DNA of 64,000 bases from Candidatus Latescibacterota bacterium (GTDB taxonomy: Bacteria; Latescibacterota; UBA2968): positions 6,080,001 through 6,144,000 of the forward strand of contig OZ242311.1 in the NCBI GenBank assembly GCA_965207885.1, in the 5' to 3' direction. The notes beneath the pieces were generated by a model. The model searched no databases. It was not told where the DNA came from and saw only the letters and a list, made by a program, of their open reading frames with translations. The position numbers were made by a program, and so were the translations under genes. Of this stretch, positions 47,888-56,554 are shown piece after piece; within the stretch, counting starts at the first letter, position 1; every line of letters starts with the position of its first letter.

Positions 47888-48784
47888 ATGTCTGAGCCAT
47901 GTTATTTTATCTCTGCTGGCGAATTGCGCGCGATTATTGGAGACGATACCGATCACGGCGCCGGGCAGGATCAACACAGCGGGGTCTGGTTTTTGACTTC
48001 GACCAAAGACGGTCATACTGCTGTGTCTCAGGGAAATGGGGTGCTGCTTTTCGGCCACCACCGAGGAAGACGGCCTGCGGTGAGGCGGGTAGATGAGACT
48101 GCGGTGGAGTTGTTTAAGGAGGCGTCAGAGGCCAATAATTTCGTGGAGACGCGGGGGGTCTATCGACTGGTCCCGCCACACTATATCGACTATGAGATGA
48201 CTGCCACGGCCCGAGAGGGGCACAGGCCACAGGAAGACTATTCCTTTGGCTGGTGTTGCTATGTCAATTCTCCGCTGGATGGCGGCATTCATTTTATCGA
48301 GAAGGGGCTGTGGACTTATTATTACAATCCGATTCACGGACAGGGGGCGATGATTTTTCCGACTGATCTGCCGGTGGATGAACGCGAGCCCTGGGGGCGG
48401 GATGCAGCTACGACATTTCTGGATGGGAAGCGGAATTTCAGCCATTCGGATTCGGGACATACTTTTGATCATCCCTTTTATTTTGGCATTATCCGGGGCA
48501 TGATGTTTTTGATTATGGCGGATGATTATCCGGGATTTCGGTTCTATCTTTCTCCTTCGGGTGCTGGCGGATCAATTGTTCCGGGGCAGAGTAGCCCCGC
48601 GTGGGATTTTAACTGGCAGGTGAACGCGCTTCCCGTGGATGAACCACAGGTGCTCCATGTGCGTGTGGCGTACAAGCGGCTGGAAAAGACAGAGGCGGTT
48701 CCAAACGGGTACGCGGCAGACCACGCCTATTGGGAATTCCAGAAGTTTCGGGAGATTCATCCTATTCGGGGAGCACGCGATTAA
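47888..48784 (+). CDS. Conserved hypothetical protein, possibly galactose-mutarotase-like beta-sandwich
   Basis: Strong RBS; L.A.IGD....G.HSGVW.L, PHYID, W..Y.N.P, PFYFG, SPSG.G...PAWDF. Confidence 0.6.
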   Translation: MSEPCYFISAGELRAIIGDDTDHGAGQDQHSGVWFLTSTKDGHTAVSQGNGVLLFGHHRGRRPAVRRVDETAVELFKEASEANNFVETRGVYRLVPPHYIDYEMTATAREGHRPQEDYSFGWCCYVNSPLDGGIHFIEKGLWTYYYNPIHGQGAMIFPTDLPVDEREPWGRDAATTFLDGKRNFSHSDSGHTFDHPFYFGIIRGMMFLIMADDYPGFRFYLSPSGAGGSIVPGQSSPAWDFNWQVNALPVDEPQVLHVRVAYKRLEKTEAVPNGYAADHAYWEFQKFREIHPIRGARD

Positions 48785-48803
48785 GGGTTCACTGCCCAGG
48801 AGG

Positions 48804-49622
48804 TTAGAGATGCGACCGCAGAAAGGTCAGGCTCTGGTCCATCCAGTCGGCGTGTTCGGCGCTGCCGGGCGGCAGCCGCAGTTTGATGCAGGCAGTGGTC
48901 TTTTCCGGATCGGGAAGCCGTTCGGATAGCATCGGCAGAAGTGTCTCAAAATCGACCGAGCCTCGCCCGATCGACGTTCCCCAGATTGTCACGTCGTTCG
49001 AGCGATGGGGATAGATCTGTACGTCTTTGAATGCCACCGCCACCGCGTGGGGCAACACCACCTTCGCGGCAGCTACTGGTTCTTCGCAGACCGGAAAGGG
49101 ATTGGCGGTATCGAACGCCATCATCAGGTTCGGGTGGCACACCTTCTCCATTACCGATACCATTTCGTGGCTCCGATAGTCCAGGTGGGGCAGCAAGGAG
49201 AGTTGGATGTCTCTTTCCGACGCCGCTTCTGCCACCGGTCTCAGGTGATCGGCCGCCAGGCGCAACTGGTCGGCCAGCGGGGGCTGTCGCGTAAACCGGT
49301 TGTGAAGGCTCCCTCTCCCAAAGATTACGACCGTTTTCACCCCGCCGATACTGGCTTGGTCAAATGCCCGCTCCGCCCGCTCTCGCAACCGGATTTCACC
49401 CCCGTCCGGCGTTACGAAATCCTCGCTCCAGTAGCCCACCCACGTCACTCCCAGATCGGCCGCTTTCTCTTTGACTTCCTTCGGATGGTCCGTCCCCGAC
49501 AGGGGCAGCGGCGCCTCCAGAGCCTTCAGGTCGTATTCCGCGCAGCGGTCCAGCAACCACAATAGCGGCGCCTGCTCGGGAAGTATGCCGCTGTAGGTTG
49601 GCGATGCCAGTCCCAGGATCAC
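48804..49622 (-). CDS. Xylose-isomerase-like TIM-barrel protein with degenerate metal ligands
   Basis: FDTAN..V.EEP, KD, G.G.VD retained; LPH instead of ENH, AFKD instead of HxKD, IKL instead of xExx. GTG start with AAGGA. Confidence 0.7.
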   Translation of the reverse strand: MILGLASPTYSGILPEQAPLLWLLDRCAEYDLKALEAPLPLSGTDHPKEVKEKAADLGVTWVGYWSEDFVTPDGGEIRLRERAERAFDQASIGGVKTVVIFGRGSLHNRFTRQPPLADQLRLAADHLRPVAEAASERDIQLSLLPHLDYRSHEMVSVMEKVCHPNLMMAFDTANPFPVCEEPVAAAKVVLPHAVAVAFKDVQIYPHRSNDVTIWGTSIGRGSVDFETLLPMLSERLPDPEKTTACIKLRLPPGSAEHADWMDQSLTFLRSHL

Positions 49623-49663
49623 TGTTTTTTTCCTTTAGATTTCCAAATGTCAGCGTGTCCCGC

Positions 49664-49734
49664 AAAGTACGGGCGTGACAAATGGGTGTCAACGGAAATC
49701 CTCTCTTGTTTTAGCAGACATGACACACTATCTT
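49664..49734. promoter_or_regulatory. Back-to-back sigma70 promoters with overlapping TGACA-N6-TGTCA palindrome
   Basis: Minus strand: TTGACA(49692-49687)-17-TACTTT. Plus strand: TTGTTT-17-TATCTT (49706-49734). Palindrome at 49676-49691. Confidence 0.55.
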
Positions 49735-49801
49735 GCCCCTGGATTCTTCCATTAGACCTGCCCCCTACGGCGATTTCATCCTATGTGTCAAGGAGCATTC
49801 T

Positions 49802-50830
49802 ATGCGACCTATATCCTTTGAAGACGATCTTTCTCGTTTGATCGATCAGGCGCAGCCATCCCTTCTGTTTGAGGGTGCGACTAAGGAGGATTTTTGCGCC
49901 TGGCAGGAGGGGTTTCGAGATGTGCTGACCGGGCTGATTGGCCCGCGGCCCGAACGGGCTGCGCTTTGTCTTGAGTTTGAGGAGGAGATCGATTGCGGTC
50001 TGTACGTGCGCAGGCGGATTTCCTATCAGACAGAGTCGGGGGTTTTTGTGCCGGCTTATCTTCTGGTGCCGAAGGGGCTGGCGCAGGGGGATAAAGCGCC
50101 GGGTCTCCTCTGTATTCACGGACACGGGCATTTTGGGAAGGATAGTGTGGTCGGGCTAAATGATACGCCCGAGCGGCAGGCTGAGATCGATAAGTGCAAT
50201 TACGATTTTGGGCACGGGTTTGCAGAACAGGGTTATGTGGTTCTCGCTCCGGATCTTCGGGGGTTTGGAGAGCGCAGGCCCGGCTATCCCGGTCCCCGGA
50301 CTGATTTTTGTCCCCGGAATTATATGTGTGCTACTTTGCTGGGTACTACTGTGGTGGCGCTCCATCTCTGCGATTTGGAGGCTGCTCTGGATGTTTTACA
50401 GGCACTTGATTTTGTCGATGAGAACCGGCTGGGGTGCGCGGGGCTGTCGCTGGGGGGGCGGATGACGATGATGATTTCGGCTTTTGATTCCCGGATTAAG
50501 ATCGCGGTTCCGTCCGGGTGTATGAATTTGTACCAGGAACGCTATCAGGCTCTGAGTCAGTGCGGCGCGCAGTTGATTCCCGGTCTGCTCCGCTATGGCG
50601 ATACGCCGGAAATTTTTTCTTTGATCGCGCCCCGGCCTATGGTGATTGAGATTGGGACGCGGGATCGGCTTATTCCCCACGATTGGGCAGCGCGCGGTCT
50701 GGCGCGGATTCGGAAGGCGTATCGGGCTGCAGGTGCTATAGAGGATCTGTTTGTGGATCGGTTCGACGGGGGGCATCAGTTCAATATGACCGTGGCCCAG
50801 AGGGTTCTGGGAAGGTTGCGCAGAGGATGA
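49802..50830 (+). CDS. Alpha/beta hydrolase (dienelactone hydrolase/esterase-like)
   Basis: VPAYLL.P, HGHG, GYVVLAPD.RGFGER, GLSLGG nucleophile elbow, LIAPRP, GGH. AAGGAG RBS. Confidence 0.88.
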   Translation: MRPISFEDDLSRLIDQAQPSLLFEGATKEDFCAWQEGFRDVLTGLIGPRPERAALCLEFEEEIDCGLYVRRRISYQTESGVFVPAYLLVPKGLAQGDKAPGLLCIHGHGHFGKDSVVGLNDTPERQAEIDKCNYDFGHGFAEQGYVVLAPDLRGFGERRPGYPGPRTDFCPRNYMCATLLGTTVVALHLCDLEAALDVLQALDFVDENRLGCAGLSLGGRMTMMISAFDSRIKIAVPSGCMNLYQERYQALSQCGAQLIPGLLRYGDTPEIFSLIAPRPMVIEIGTRDRLIPHDWAARGLARIRKAYRAAGAIEDLFVDRFDGGHQFNMTVAQRVLGRLRRG

Positions 50831-50905
50831 TGAGTTGGCATTGCGCTTTGGTGAGGTTTGTCGGATATTGTCTGCGCGTGTGAATTGCAAGATAGGACAA
50901 AAGTG

Positions 50906-51793
50906 ATGACGCGACTTCAACTTCTCTGTACCGGTACTCCTGCCCCGCTCGCGCACCGCGGCGGCTCCAGCTATCTCGTCCAGACGGGTGACGAAACCCT
51001 GATCTTCGATTGCGGTCCGGCGTCGGTGCGGCGCATGCTCGAAGCGGGTCTCGCTCTGCCCTCGATTGACCATTTATTTCTGACCCATTTGCACTACGAC
51101 CACTGCATTGATTTTGCCTATCTGGTGCTGACGCGCTGGGATCAGAGCGTCGGCCAGATACCGGAGTTGCAGGTGTACGGCCCGGCGCCAACAGCGCATA
51201 TGGCACACCGGTTGTTTTCTGCCGATGGCGCCTTTGGTCCGGATCTGGCGGCCCGCACTTTGCACCCGGGCAGCCACTTTGTGTACGAGGCGCGCGGCGG
51301 CACTATGCCGCGGAAGAGGCCCAATCCACAGGTGCGCGAGGTCGGTTCCGGAGATCGGATTGAGACCGATAATTGGCAGGTTGATGTGGCAGAGGTAGTA
51401 CACGTGCAGCCCCAACTCACCTGTCTGGCATATCGTTTGACCACACCTGATGGTACCATCGTATTCGGCGGGGACACAGCGCCAGTGGATCGGCTTACGG
51501 ATCTGGCAAGAGGTGCGGATGTGCTGTTGCACATGTGCCACTTTATCAATGGCGTGGTCGATGACGAACGCCTGACGAGTTGCTGTTCCGGTCACCTCGA
51601 TGCGGCGACTACGGCGCGGGATGCCGGCGTCGAGACGCTGGTTCTCGTTCATTTGACGGAGCAGTTGGAAACGCCCGGCGTGCGGGAGCGGGTGCTGCAC
51701 GAGGTGGGAGAGGTTTTCGACGGTCAGGTGATCTTGGGAGAGGATCTGCTGGAGGTGCCGATGGGTACTATTGATACGGAGCCGGTGCGATGA
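50906..51793 (+). CDS. MBL-fold hydrolase, RNase Z/AtsA-like
   Basis: L.TGTP, FDCG, THLHYDH, VH, GDT, ADVL.H, H, LVH. Confidence 0.87.
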   Translation: MTRLQLLCTGTPAPLAHRGGSSYLVQTGDETLIFDCGPASVRRMLEAGLALPSIDHLFLTHLHYDHCIDFAYLVLTRWDQSVGQIPELQVYGPAPTAHMAHRLFSADGAFGPDLAARTLHPGSHFVYEARGGTMPRKRPNPQVREVGSGDRIETDNWQVDVAEVVHVQPQLTCLAYRLTTPDGTIVFGGDTAPVDRLTDLARGADVLLHMCHFINGVVDDERLTSCCSGHLDAATTARDAGVETLVLVHLTEQLETPGVRERVLHEVGEVFDGQVILGEDLLEVPMGTIDTEPVR

Positions 51794-53508
51794 ATAATGC
51801 TATGGAGATTCTTACTGATCCCGACGTGTGGGTGCCGATGCGCGATGGGGTGCGGATGGCGGCACATGTGTTCCGTCCCGATGCGGAGGGGCGCTTTCCT
51901 GGAATTTTGCTGCGCACGCCATACGGCCGTCCAAAGTCCGGATTTGAGCGCTATGTGCGCGCCGGTTACGCCGTGGTGAGTATGGATTCGCGCGGGCGCT
52001 ACGGGTCTGAGGGCGATTGGGTTCCGTTTACCGAGGTGCATACGGGGGATGCCGAAGATGGCTACGACTCTGTGGAGTGGTTGGCTGCGCAGCCCTGGTG
52101 CAACGGCAGGGTGGGTACTCTGGGAGCCTCTTATAATGCCTGGATGCAGTGGCAGTTGGCCAAATTACGTCCGCCGCATCTGGTGGCGATGTGTGCGTAC
52201 ACGATTCCCCTGGAATTGACAGAGGTGGATTGGCCGGGCGGGTTTCGCCCGGGACGGCGTATCAAGTGGTGGCTCACTTCCATGGCTCCAGACCTTCGGC
52301 GACGCCAGGGATTGCCGCCGCCGCACACGCCAGCGGAGGCGCTGCAGGAATGGAACGAGGATGTCGAAAAACAATGGCTTGACTACCTTCCGTGGCTCGA
52401 TTTTCCGCGCCACTTGCCGCCGGGGCTGGCGGAGTACGCGAGAGACTGGCTGGCGCATCCAAACCGGCGGGCATGGCGGTTCGACGAGGTACACGGGGAA
52501 GTTGCGGTGCCAAATCTCGATTTCAGTGGCTGGTATGACCACTGCAATGGCTCGATGCGGCATTTGCGACTGATGCAGCGCAACGGCCGCACCGAGCAGG
52601 CGCGGTCGCAGACAAAGCTGATCGCCGGTCCGTGGAATCATCCGAGTCTCGGTCGCCAGCAGGTGGCGGGATTCGACTTTGGTCCGGATGCTGAGCTCGA
52701 TTTGCCTGGCATGATCATCCGTTGGTTCGACTACTGGCTCAAAGAAGACGACAATGGTATTGATCGCGAGCCAGCAGTGCGCTATTTCGCGATGGCGGGG
52801 AAGGGGGGATATTGGCGCGAGGCCGATACCTGGCCGCCGCCGAATACGACATCGCGCGCGTATTTGTTGAGCAGCGACGGAAATGCCGGATTTGGCGGCT
52901 CCGGGCAGCTGTCAGTTGACGGTGGAAATGACGGTGTTGATCGCTTTGACTACGATCCTCACGACCCGGTGCCGACTTTGTGGACGAAGGAGTTGTTTAC
53001 GGGTCCGTCGGATCGGCGTCTGCTGGAAGATCGCGATGATATTCTCTGCTACCGCTCCGCGCCTCTGACTGAAGCCGTGGAGGTTGCCGGCTATCCAGAG
53101 GTTGTTATCTATGTCAGTTCGTCAGCGCCAGATACGGACTTTTTTGCGCGTCTGGTGGATGAGTACCCGCCCACAGACGGGGATCAGGCGCCCGCGCTGG
53201 AGATGTGCTATGGCATGGTGTGTGCGCGTCACCGCAATGGCCTTGATATTGAAGAGCTGTTGGGATTGGGAGAGGTGGTGGAATTGCGCATCCAACTCGG
53301 TCCAACAGCCTGCCGTTTCGAGCCGGGCCATCGCATTCGCCTGGAGATCACATCCAGCGATTTCCCCAACCACGACCGCAATCACAATACGGGAAGGAAC
53401 GATCTGGCAGATACCGAGCTTGTGAGGGCGACGAATGCCGTACATCACTCGGCAGCCCACCCTTCGCGGCTTGTGCTTCCCACTATTTCCCACCCGACTG
53501 CCGACTGA
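51790..53508 (+). CDS. CocE/NonD family hydrolase (peptidase S15)
   Basis: MRDGV......RP, RTPY, RGR..SEG, GASY, GWYD, GPW.H, GHRIRLEITSSDFP...RN.NTG. Confidence 0.92.
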   Translation: MNNAMEILTDPDVWVPMRDGVRMAAHVFRPDAEGRFPGILLRTPYGRPKSGFERYVRAGYAVVSMDSRGRYGSEGDWVPFTEVHTGDAEDGYDSVEWLAAQPWCNGRVGTLGASYNAWMQWQLAKLRPPHLVAMCAYTIPLELTEVDWPGGFRPGRRIKWWLTSMAPDLRRRQGLPPPHTPAEALQEWNEDVEKQWLDYLPWLDFPRHLPPGLAEYARDWLAHPNRRAWRFDEVHGEVAVPNLDFSGWYDHCNGSMRHLRLMQRNGRTEQARSQTKLIAGPWNHPSLGRQQVAGFDFGPDAELDLPGMIIRWFDYWLKEDDNGIDREPAVRYFAMAGKGGYWREADTWPPPNTTSRAYLLSSDGNAGFGGSGQLSVDGGNDGVDRFDYDPHDPVPTLWTKELFTGPSDRRLLEDRDDILCYRSAPLTEAVEVAGYPEVVIYVSSSAPDTDFFARLVDEYPPTDGDQAPALEMCYGMVCARHRNGLDIEELLGLGEVVELRIQLGPTACRFEPGHRIRLEITSSDFPNHDRNHNTGRNDLADTELVRATNAVHHSAAHPSRLVLPTISHPTAD

Positions 53509-53516
53509 GCACGTCT

Positions 53517-54899
53517 ATGTCCCAATCCGGACCGGCTTCCCGCACGTCTGCAACTCCCATAGATCAGACGCCTGTTCTGCCCCAGGTCTGGGCTATTGCC
53601 TGGCCCGTGGTGGCCGCTTCGATGCTCGATGCCATGGAGGGCCTCATCGATATTTCCATGGTCGGGCAACTGGGTCCTGAAGCAATTTCAGCGGTGGGCC
53701 TCAGTCGGCAAATTCTGTTTCTGACGATGGTGATGGCGATGTCGATCAGTACCGGGTCGCGTACTCTGGTTGCCCAATTTTACGGGGCCGAGCGCCACGA
53801 GGACCTCAGTCATACGGCACAACAGGCGATTCTAATGGGGGCACTGCTGGCCGTTGTTATGGCCCTGCTCGGGGGCTTGATCGCCCGCCCTACATTGATC
53901 TTGTTGGGAGCACAGCCCGAGGTGCTCGGCCATGCCGTGCCGTTCCTGCGCATCTATTTTGGCGGCGTCATTTTTATGATGCTCAATTATCTCATCAGTG
54001 CGATTTTTGGCGGTGCTGGCGATACCCGAACGCCGTTAAAAATTTCGTGTCTTATTATAATTTTGAAGCTTCCCCTCACCTATGGCTTGATCTTTGGCGC
54101 CTGGGGGCTGCCACAGATGGGGGTTTGTGGTGCTGCAGTTGGTACGCTCGCGTCGCGGGCTGTCGGTTGTGTTGTGGGTTTCTGGTTGCTTACTTCCGGG
54201 CGCTCGCGTGTGCATATGCGCTGGACCTGGCGTCTGTCTTTTAACCGCGATATTATCGGGCGGATGATGCGAATCGGGGTGCCAGCGGGAATTCAGGGTT
54301 TTTTCCGCAATGGTGCTCGCATCCTGTTTTATCGGGTGGCGAGTTGGACCTCGCAGCCCACGACTGCGGTCGCCGCGCTGACGATTGGGCTGCAGATGCG
54401 GATGATCGGCATTATGCCGGCTCTGGCTTTTGGCGTAGCGGCAACTGCTCTGGTTGGCCAGCGGTTGGGCGCAAAGCAAATACCGCAAGCAGAACGCTTT
54501 GGAGCAAGTGCGATCCGGCTCTGTATGGTGTTTATCGTTGTTTGCGCCATTATCATTTGTGCCTTCGCTCGGGAAATCGTCGATTTGTTCACCGATTCGG
54601 TGGCTGTCATTGATATGGGCTATGTCATGCTCTGGTTTTTTACGATTGCACAGGTTTTCTCCGCGTTGTCCATCGTGTCCGCAGGTGTCCTGGCAGGTGG
54701 CGGTGAGACCAAACCTCCGCTCTATTACACGATTTTGGCGCAGTGGATGGTTATGCTGCCGTTGTCCTATGTCCTATCTTTTCTGTTTGGGATGGATACC
54801 CTCGGTATCTGGATTGCCTGGCTGATTGGCGGCATCCTTCAGGGTGTTCTGGTCTGGGCGTCCTATCTAAAGGGTAGATGGAAACAGACAGTGATATGA
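53517..54899 (+). CDS. MATE family efflux transporter
   Basis: D..MVG.LG, GDTRTPL, LIFG..GLP.MG..GAA..T, G.P, LVGQ.LGA, G.LGIW. Confidence 0.92.
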   Translation: MSQSGPASRTSATPIDQTPVLPQVWAIAWPVVAASMLDAMEGLIDISMVGQLGPEAISAVGLSRQILFLTMVMAMSISTGSRTLVAQFYGAERHEDLSHTAQQAILMGALLAVVMALLGGLIARPTLILLGAQPEVLGHAVPFLRIYFGGVIFMMLNYLISAIFGGAGDTRTPLKISCLIIILKLPLTYGLIFGAWGLPQMGVCGAAVGTLASRAVGCVVGFWLLTSGRSRVHMRWTWRLSFNRDIIGRMMRIGVPAGIQGFFRNGARILFYRVASWTSQPTTAVAALTIGLQMRMIGIMPALAFGVAATALVGQRLGAKQIPQAERFGASAIRLCMVFIVVCAIIICAFAREIVDLFTDSVAVIDMGYVMLWFFTIAQVFSALSIVSAGVLAGGGETKPPLYYTILAQWMVMLPLSYVLSFLFGMDTLGIWIAWLIGGILQGVLVWASYLKGRWKQTVI

Positions 54900-54901
54900 G
54901 G

Positions 54902-55717
54902 CTATACGGTAAGCGCGATGTTGTTCCGTGTTGCGATTTCTTTTTTGTCCTGATAACCCGCGCGTGCTGTGAGTTCAAGCGTTTCTGGAGAGAGGCGTTG
55001 TTGAATGGCCTGGGGCAATTCTGATCTCCCTGAGTATTGGGGGTGATAGCGCAAGACGAGGATCATCCGCATGCGATCTTTTGGCGTCCAGGGCAGGGCG
55101 CCGTGGGTGACGAGTTCGTTCATGACGATGATGTCGCCGGCTCTGGGTGTGATGTTGACCACGCCTTCGGGGATGTGGTCGCGGTTTTCGACCAGGCCGT
55201 TTTGAAAAAGGTGCCGTGGGCGATCAAACATGCTTTTGTGCGAGCCGGGGACGACCAGAAGGCCCCCGTCGCCTGGATGTACGTCGGTGAGGTAGGGAAA
55301 ACAGACGGTGTTGTCGCAAAAGATGCGTCCGTTGCGGACTTCGTAACGGGTGGCGTCCCAGCCGAAATCGTCGCGGGCGCAGTGCAGGCGGAGTGCTTCG
55401 TCGTTTTGATCGGGGATGTTGACCTGAAGCGTGCCGCTGGTGAGGCGAGGCCGGCCATTGGTGAGTTCTGTGACGATGGGCCAGGTCGCGGGATGCACGG
55501 TCAGGCGTTCGAGGGCTTTGTCGAATGCAAAGCCGTGCAGGTGGCGTTTGCCGTTTTTGTCAAAGCCTTCGGGTAGTTCCGATTCGGGGGTTGTGACGTA
55601 GCGTTCGGCGGCTTTTCGCGCGGCGTTCAGTTCGTCGTCAGAGAGGGCATTGCGCAGGTGCAGGTACCCGTTGAGGTCAAAGAGGTAGCGCTGTTCAGGG
55701 GTCATCATGGTGTTCAC
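54902..55717 (-). CDS. PhyH family Fe(II)/2OG enzyme with HxA motif (candidate halogenase or non-canonical oxygenase)
   Basis: YLFDLNGY, LHCARDD, YLTD...GDGG..VVPGSHK, AGD...E...HG..PW...R. Confidence 0.8.
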   Translation of the reverse strand: MNTMMTPEQRYLFDLNGYLHLRNALSDDELNAARKAAERYVTTPESELPEGFDKNGKRHLHGFAFDKALERLTVHPATWPIVTELTNGRPRLTSGTLQVNIPDQNDEALRLHCARDDFGWDATRYEVRNGRIFCDNTVCFPYLTDVHPGDGGLLVVPGSHKSMFDRPRHLFQNGLVENRDHIPEGVVNITPRAGDIIVMNELVTHGALPWTPKDRMRMILVLRYHPQYSGRSELPQAIQQRLSPETLELTARAGYQDKKEIATRNNIALTV

Positions 55718-56541
55718 TTTCTTTCCGGGATGTCATCGCCGTTGGGACGGGGGACGTGTTGCCAGTATCCCGAAGGATCAATGCCGCGGCATAAGACCGC
55801 GGGTGAATGGTCGGTTTCTCGGGTGCGGACTTCGGGGGGCATGTAGCGCAGGGTCAGGCCGCAGCGACGCCGTTGCGAGGTGTTGGGTCTGGAGCCGTGT
55901 AGCAACAGGTCGGAGTGGATGGAGATTTGCCCGGCTTTCATGATTAAGGGTACGGGGTCGCCAAATTTTTCGGCGTGTTGAACAGATTGTCCGAGGACAT
56001 TATTTTCTTCTGGTGTGCTGCGTTCAAAGGGTATTTGTCCGTGGAGGTGCGATCCGGGTATGACTTCCATGGGGGCATTTGCGAGGTCAACGTCGTCAAT
56101 GGCGAGCCAGACGGTTACGGTTTTGGAGGGTGTGAGGGGCCAGTAGGATGCGTCTTGATGAAAGGCGACTTTTTTGCCGTCTCCGGGCATTTTGCTGAAG
56201 TAGTGGGTCATGCGCGAGACGAGGTTGGGTCCGAGCAGGTCTTCGACGTAGTCGAGGATGCGGTTATCGACGAGCAGGTCGTAGATGCCTTTGCAACTGC
56301 GGTGCCACCCGTTGATTGAGTAGCTGTTTTTGCCCGCTGCCTGTGTTTTGTCCATGAGTTTGTCAAAGTACGCGCGGTTGGCTTCGACTTCTTTTTTTGA
56401 GAAGACGTCGAGGGGAAAGATGTATCCCTTTTCGTTGAATTGCTGGATTTGCGCGCGCGTCAGTTTTTTGGGCGCGTTATTTTTTGCTGGGTAAAATTTC
56501 AGTTCCCGTTTCATGTCGGGCAGGGCGTCGGTTATGGACAT
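55714..56541 (-). CDS. PhyH family dioxygenase
   Basis: F.EKGY..P, HQDASYW, TVWLAIDD, IPGSH, HGS.PN.S..RR.G. ATG at 56541 with AAGGAG RBS. Confidence 0.9.
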   Translation of the reverse strand: MSITDALPDMKRELKFYPAKNNAPKKLTRAQIQQFNEKGYIFPLDVFSKKEVEANRAYFDKLMDKTQAAGKNSYSINGWHRSCKGIYDLLVDNRILDYVEDLLGPNLVSRMTHYFSKMPGDGKKVAFHQDASYWPLTPSKTVTVWLAIDDVDLANAPMEVIPGSHLHGQIPFERSTPEENNVLGQSVQHAEKFGDPVPLIMKAGQISIHSDLLLHGSRPNTSQRRRCGLTLRYMPPEVRTRETDHSPAVLCRGIDPSGYWQHVPRPNGDDIPERK

Positions 56542-56554
56542 GGGGTCTCCTTTT

